The notes under the pieces are model-generated. The model had not been told where the DNA came from, did no database searches, and worked only from the letters and a program-made list of their open reading frames with translations. The translations under genes and the position numbers were made by a program. Positions 4,901 to 8,100 of a stretch of 8,100 nt of DNA are shown piece by piece. Source of the DNA: Candidatus Omnitrophota bacterium (GTDB taxonomy: Bacteria > Omnitrophota > Gorgyraeia > Duberdicusellales > 4484-171); contig JAIPHU010000024.1 of NCBI GenBank assembly GCA_021735045.1, forward strand, positions 1-8,100. The letters run 5' to 3'. How positions within the stretch are numbered: the first letter of the stretch is position 1; the number at the start of each line of letters is the position of its first letter.

Positions 4901-6599
4901 CACTATGAAATTTTCCGTCAAAAGTATCCAAAAGTTCGTTTAAAAAATTATCCTCTATCTTTTCTTGTGAACCTTGATCTTTTTGAACTAAATCTTTTTT
5001 TTCTTTAAAAGATTTAGCTCCCCCTGTATCTATGATTTTAAACTTAATCCTAACTTCTTTACCTATAGCTTTTTCAATAACATCTTCGATAAACTTACGA
5101 TTTCGCTCATCATCTAACGCCTCTTTATGAAACTTATCTTTAGCCGAAAATGCTATAAAAACCTGTTTCCCTGACGATGAACTAGGCTTTCCCAAAGAAA
5201 GATGAGAAGCTACAGCCATCCTTTTTTTCTGCATAGTTGATAAAATATCTTTCCATTTTAGGCGAACTGGTTGTATTAAAAAATCATCTTCCACTAGTTT
5301 ATTTGTATCAATATCTTTTCTTTCTTTAAGGTCCGACTGTTTATTATTTTCTGGTTTATGTTGCTTTTTAAGTTCTTTGGGCTTTTTTGGTTCATTAGAA
5401 CTAGTTTGTTTTTTCTTAAGCTCAATTGGATTATTTTTTTTGGTTTTTTCATCAGGCAGAGAATTTTTTTTATTATCTGATAAACTATCCTTAGGATTAT
5501 CTAGATTAATTTCTTTATGTAAAAATTTTATTAAAGCAAGTTCAAACGGAATCCTGGCTGAATTTATCTGCTTAGAACTCTCTTTAGCTTGAATTAATAG
5601 ATCAACTAGCTCTAGAAGCCTCGTTAAAGAAAATTTGCCACTAAGTTTTATAATTAAGTCTCTACTTTCAGGCGAAACTTCAGCAACTTCCTTAAACCTT
5701 TTAGGATCAACTTTAACTAATAAAAAATTTCGTAGATACTTAAGAAAATAATCCTGAAAAACTCCTAGATCTTTACCTTCTTTATTAACGTTATCAACAA
5801 AAACCAATAGACCAGATAGATCACCTTCAGATAAAAAACTCACCATTTTACCCATAGTATTTTCATCGATTATCCCTAAAAACGAAAATATATCTTTAAT
5901 ATCTTTACCGGCTGAAATTACCGGAAAAATTTGATCAAGCAAACTTTCAGCATCTCGAATACTTCCATCAGCAGCTTGAGCAATTGTGTATAAAAGTCTC
6001 TCTTTTATCTTTATTTTTTCTTTTTTTGTAATCTGAGAAAGTTTTCTTACAATCTGCTCAAGGCTTAAGAGATTAAACTGAAATTTTTGGCAGCGAGATA
6101 AAATAGTAGGTAAAACTTTATGCGGATCAGTTGTTGCAAATATAAACTTTACATGTTTTGGCGGCTCTTCTAAAGTTTTTAACAAAGCATTGAATGCTTC
6201 TTTGGTAAGCATATGTACTTCATCAATAATATAAACTTTAAAACGCCCAGCAGCAGGAGAAAGCTTTACATTTTCCCTTAAAGTTCTTATCTCATCAATA
6301 CCACGATTTGAAGCTCCATCAATTTCAATTATATCTAATGATTTTCCAGCGGCGATATCAACACAACTGGGACATTTCAGACAAGGTGAAGCTGTGGGAC
6401 CTTTTTCGCAGTTAAGGGATTTAGCTAAAATTCTAGCTAAAGAAGTTTTACCTACACCACGCGGGCCGCTAAAAAGATAAGCATGATGGACTCTCTTTTT
6501 AGCAATCGCTTCCTTTAACGATGAAACTACATGTTCTTGTCCCACTACTTGATCAAAGTTTTGCGGCCTATATTTTAAAGCAAACGCTAAATAGCTCAT
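4893..6599 (-). CDS. dnaX: DNA polymerase III subunit gamma/tau (DnaX)
   Basis: YLAFALKYRPQNFDQVVGQEHV. Walker A GPRGVGKTS. Zinc module CLKCPSCVDI. IIEIDGASNRGIDEIR. Walker B YIIDEVHML. Sensor SRCQKF. Lys-rich linker and a C-terminal domain. I prefer the ATG at 6597-6599, which forms an ATGA overlap with the upstream stop. Confidence 0.95.
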   Translation of the reverse strand: MSYLAFALKYRPQNFDQVVGQEHVVSSLKEAIAKKRVHHAYLFSGPRGVGKTSLARILAKSLNCEKGPTASPCLKCPSCVDIAAGKSLDIIEIDGASNRGIDEIRTLRENVKLSPAAGRFKVYIIDEVHMLTKEAFNALLKTLEEPPKHVKFIFATTDPHKVLPTILSRCQKFQFNLLSLEQIVRKLSQITKKEKIKIKERLLYTIAQAADGSIRDAESLLDQIFPVISAGKDIKDIFSFLGIIDENTMGKMVSFLSEGDLSGLLVFVDNVNKEGKDLGVFQDYFLKYLRNFLLVKVDPKRFKEVAEVSPESRDLIIKLSGKFSLTRLLELVDLLIQAKESSKQINSARIPFELALIKFLHKEINLDNPKDSLSDNKKNSLPDEKTKKNNPIELKKKQTSSNEPKKPKELKKQHKPENNKQSDLKERKDIDTNKLVEDDFLIQPVRLKWKDILSTMQKKRMAVASHLSLGKPSSSSGKQVFIAFSAKDKFHKEALDDERNRKFIEDVIEKAIGKEVRIKFKIIDTGGAKSFKEKKDLVQKDQGSQEKIEDNFLNELLDTFDGKFHSDE

Positions 6600-7561
6600 A
6601 TTCTTCCCATAATTAACCAAATTAAAAATCCCAGATAACTTAACGTTAAAATTAACCCTTCTGTGCGAACTATTTTATAGTGAGTAAACATTACTGTAAA
6701 GAGAAGAAAGGTAAAGCCTAAAAGAATCGGGAGTTCAAATTTCACCACCGAAGGGCCCACAGAAAGCGGTTTGATTAAAGCTACCACCCCAATAACTAAT
6801 AAAATATTAAAGATATTACTACCGATAATATTACCAATACTGATTGAAGGAACTTTCTTGATAGCTGCAGCCACCGACGAAGCTATCTCCGGAAGAGACG
6901 TCCCCAAAGCAAATAAAGTTATCCCAATAATCCAAGGACTAATTCCAAAAAATCTAGCTAAATGGACCCCGCCTTCAACCATAAAGTGTGCTCCAACAAC
7001 TATCCCAATTAACGACAAAATAAAAAAAATAATTAGCAAAGAAGGAGTTTTGAATTTATCAAACATTTTATTTATTTTAATATTTTTAACCTCTTCTTCG
7101 ATAAAACCATCTCTGGAACCTCTTATAAAAACAAAACAAAATATTAACAAAAGTGAAAGAAAAATTACACCTTCTGCTCTGCTAATTGTAAAATCCAAAC
7201 TAGCAAAATACAAAGCTAAAGTTGATACAGCTAAAAAAGGAAATTCTTTTTTAAAAATCTTTTTATTCACTTTTAAAGGAATAAAAATAGAACATAAACC
7301 TAAAGCTAAAGCTATATTTGCAATATTACTCCCAATTATATTTGCTAGAGCAACCCCTTCTTGATTTTTTAAAGTAGCAATAATACCTACTCCCGCCTCA
7401 GGAGCAGAAGTACCAAAAGCAATTATCACCAATCCAATAAATAAAGGAGTCAGCCTAAAAAATGAAGATACTTTAACCGAAGTTTGGATTAGCCAGTTAG
7501 AGCTAAATACAAGTAAGATTAAACCTAAAACAAATAATGAAATATTGAATAAAATTTCCAT
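6596..7561 (-). CDS. CaCA-family cation/calcium antiporter (YrbG-like Na+/Ca2+ exchanger)
   Basis: About 10 hydrophobic segments and two alpha-repeat signatures: GTSAPE and GTSLPE, each followed by GNIIGSNI-type motifs. ATG at 7559-7561. Confidence 0.88.
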   Translation of the reverse strand: MEILFNISLFVLGLILLVFSSNWLIQTSVKVSSFFRLTPLFIGLVIIAFGTSAPEAGVGIIATLKNQEGVALANIIGSNIANIALALGLCSIFIPLKVNKKIFKKEFPFLAVSTLALYFASLDFTISRAEGVIFLSLLLIFCFVFIRGSRDGFIEEEVKNIKINKMFDKFKTPSLLIIFFILSLIGIVVGAHFMVEGGVHLARFFGISPWIIGITLFALGTSLPEIASSVAAAIKKVPSISIGNIIGSNIFNILLVIGVVALIKPLSVGPSVVKFELPILLGFTFLLFTVMFTHYKIVRTEGLILTLSYLGFLIWLIMGRI

Positions 7562-7575
7562 TCTTACCAGTAGGA

Positions 7576-7818
7576 TCAGTTAAAAATCATTTCCTTCAAT
7601 TTTCTACGACCAGTTGTTGACTTATAAAATCGTTCTTTTTGCCGTGCTTCTTTTAATGTTTCAAAAGACTTAGTGTAAATAATTTCATAAGGACGGTATG
7701 GACGGGAAAATTTAACCTTACCTGTATTGTGTTCTTTTAATCGTTTCTTAACATCTTCAGCAACACCTGTATAGGTTCTTGTCCTTGCTTTATTTAAAAG
7801 AATGTATACGAAATACAT
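7576..7818 (-). CDS. Small GIY-YIG nuclease superfamily protein (UPF0213/YhbQ-like)
   Basis: MYFVYILLNK...TYTGVAEDVKKRLKEHNTG...RPYEIIYTKSFETLKEARQKERFYKS matches the GIY...YIG...R..eHN...E pattern. I prefer the ATG at 7816-7818 over the TTG at 7833. Confidence 0.82.
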   Translation of the reverse strand: MYFVYILLNKARTRTYTGVAEDVKKRLKEHNTGKVKFSRPYRPYEIIYTKSFETLKEARQKERFYKSTTGRRKLKEMIFN

Positions 7819-7880
7819 TTTTATCTTACACAAATAGCGGATCTTGCCACTCTACTATATTACAGAATAATTTAACAAGT

Positions 7881-7995
7881 AACGGAGAGTCCACCTCGCC
7901 CACTAAAATTGGAACAATTTTAGTGAGGCGGGTGAGACTTCTCCGTTTTTTGCTTTGCAAAAAACGGACCCGCCTGCAACCAATTCGCACTGCAG
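7881..7995 (+). other. Structured intergenic element (possible small RNA, terminator or attenuator); strand uncertain
   Basis: There is a long imperfect hairpin at 7881-7947: about 31 bp, loop ggaac, single-nt bulges, followed by a T6 run at 7946-7951. A second hairpin ccgttttttgc-ttt-gcaaaaaacgg lies at 7943-7967. ggcgggt (7927-7933) can pair either within the first hairpin or with acccgcc (7968-7974). A third stem ctgca/tgcag lies at 7974-7995. Confidence 0.4.
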
Positions 7996-8100
7996 CCGAA
8001 ATCCCGGTTAAAATTATAGTCAAATCATTGAAGCAAACCCCATTATATCAAAAGTTAGCCAAAAAAACAGAGGAATTATATTTATTGAATATGCCTATGA

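Noticed and set aside
4901-4921. N-terminal extensions from TTG starts in the ORF track (recR 4921, dnaX 6620, GIY-YIG 7833, HTH 2566)
   Set aside because: In each case an ATG a few codons downstream matches where family members normally begin. For dnaX it also creates a classic ATGA overlap. The extensions add non-conserved residues.
6771-7364. 197-aa plus-strand ORF antisense to the antiporter, plus 4758-4943(+) and 5377-5592(+) antisense to recR/dnaX
   Set aside because: These are shadow ORFs opposite well-supported genes. Their translations are low-complexity and have no SD or family motifs.
7881-7947. Possibility that the long hairpin with a ggaa-containing loop is the small SRP (4.5S) RNA
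   Set aside because: The apical 10 bp are perfectly paired. The conserved domain IV internal loops and the GGAAGCAGC-type sequence are absent on both strands.
7826-8023. 65-aa minus-strand ORF upstream of the GIY-YIG gene
   Set aside because: It coincides with the hairpin-rich region, and its Arg-rich translation reflects the GC-rich stems. It has no start context. An RNA or regulatory element explains the region better.
1-8100. CRISPR arrays, rRNA genes, IS elements with terminal inverted repeats and a transposase
   Set aside because: No regularly spaced short direct repeats, no rRNA-like conserved blocks and no transposase-like ORF were seen. The only long repeat is the inverted tRNA-end pair described above.

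Overview
Low-GC bacterial window (about 30-33% GC over most of its length) with two parts. The right part (4265-7818, all on the minus strand) is a housekeeping operon: GIY-YIG nuclease, CaCA-type cation/Ca2+ antiporter, dnaX and recR. The genes are tightly packed or overlapping, and an intrinsic terminator follows recR. The left part (about 141-4096) looks like an accessory island next to a tRNA-Asn(GTT) gene (4012-4087, minus). It has a large serine recombinase (2621-4096, plus). Transcribed divergently from it is a four-gene minus-strand cassette: a small XRE-type HTH regulator, a 303-aa protein with a TIR-like N-terminal domain, a 2-TM protein, and a signal-anchored TPR protein. The island is bracketed by inverted repeats of about 215-235 bp (141-380 and 3809-4021). 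Each repeat begins with the last 10 nt of the tRNA, continues through a bidirectional terminator hairpin, and includes the coding sequence of the recombinase C-terminal tail. The outer 85 bp are identical. The inner part is about 80-90% identical and carries a frame-preserving 21-nt indel. I consider the TIR-like/2-TM/TPR cassette (candidate Thoeris-like defence module) and the inverted tRNA-end repeats (candidate invertible or rearranged element) the most interesting items. Further leads are a structured intergenic RNA-like region at 7881-7995, an A8 slippery run in the dnaX linker, and a GC-rich structured sequence at the left edge. All functional assignments come from reading motifs by eye; no database search was possible.
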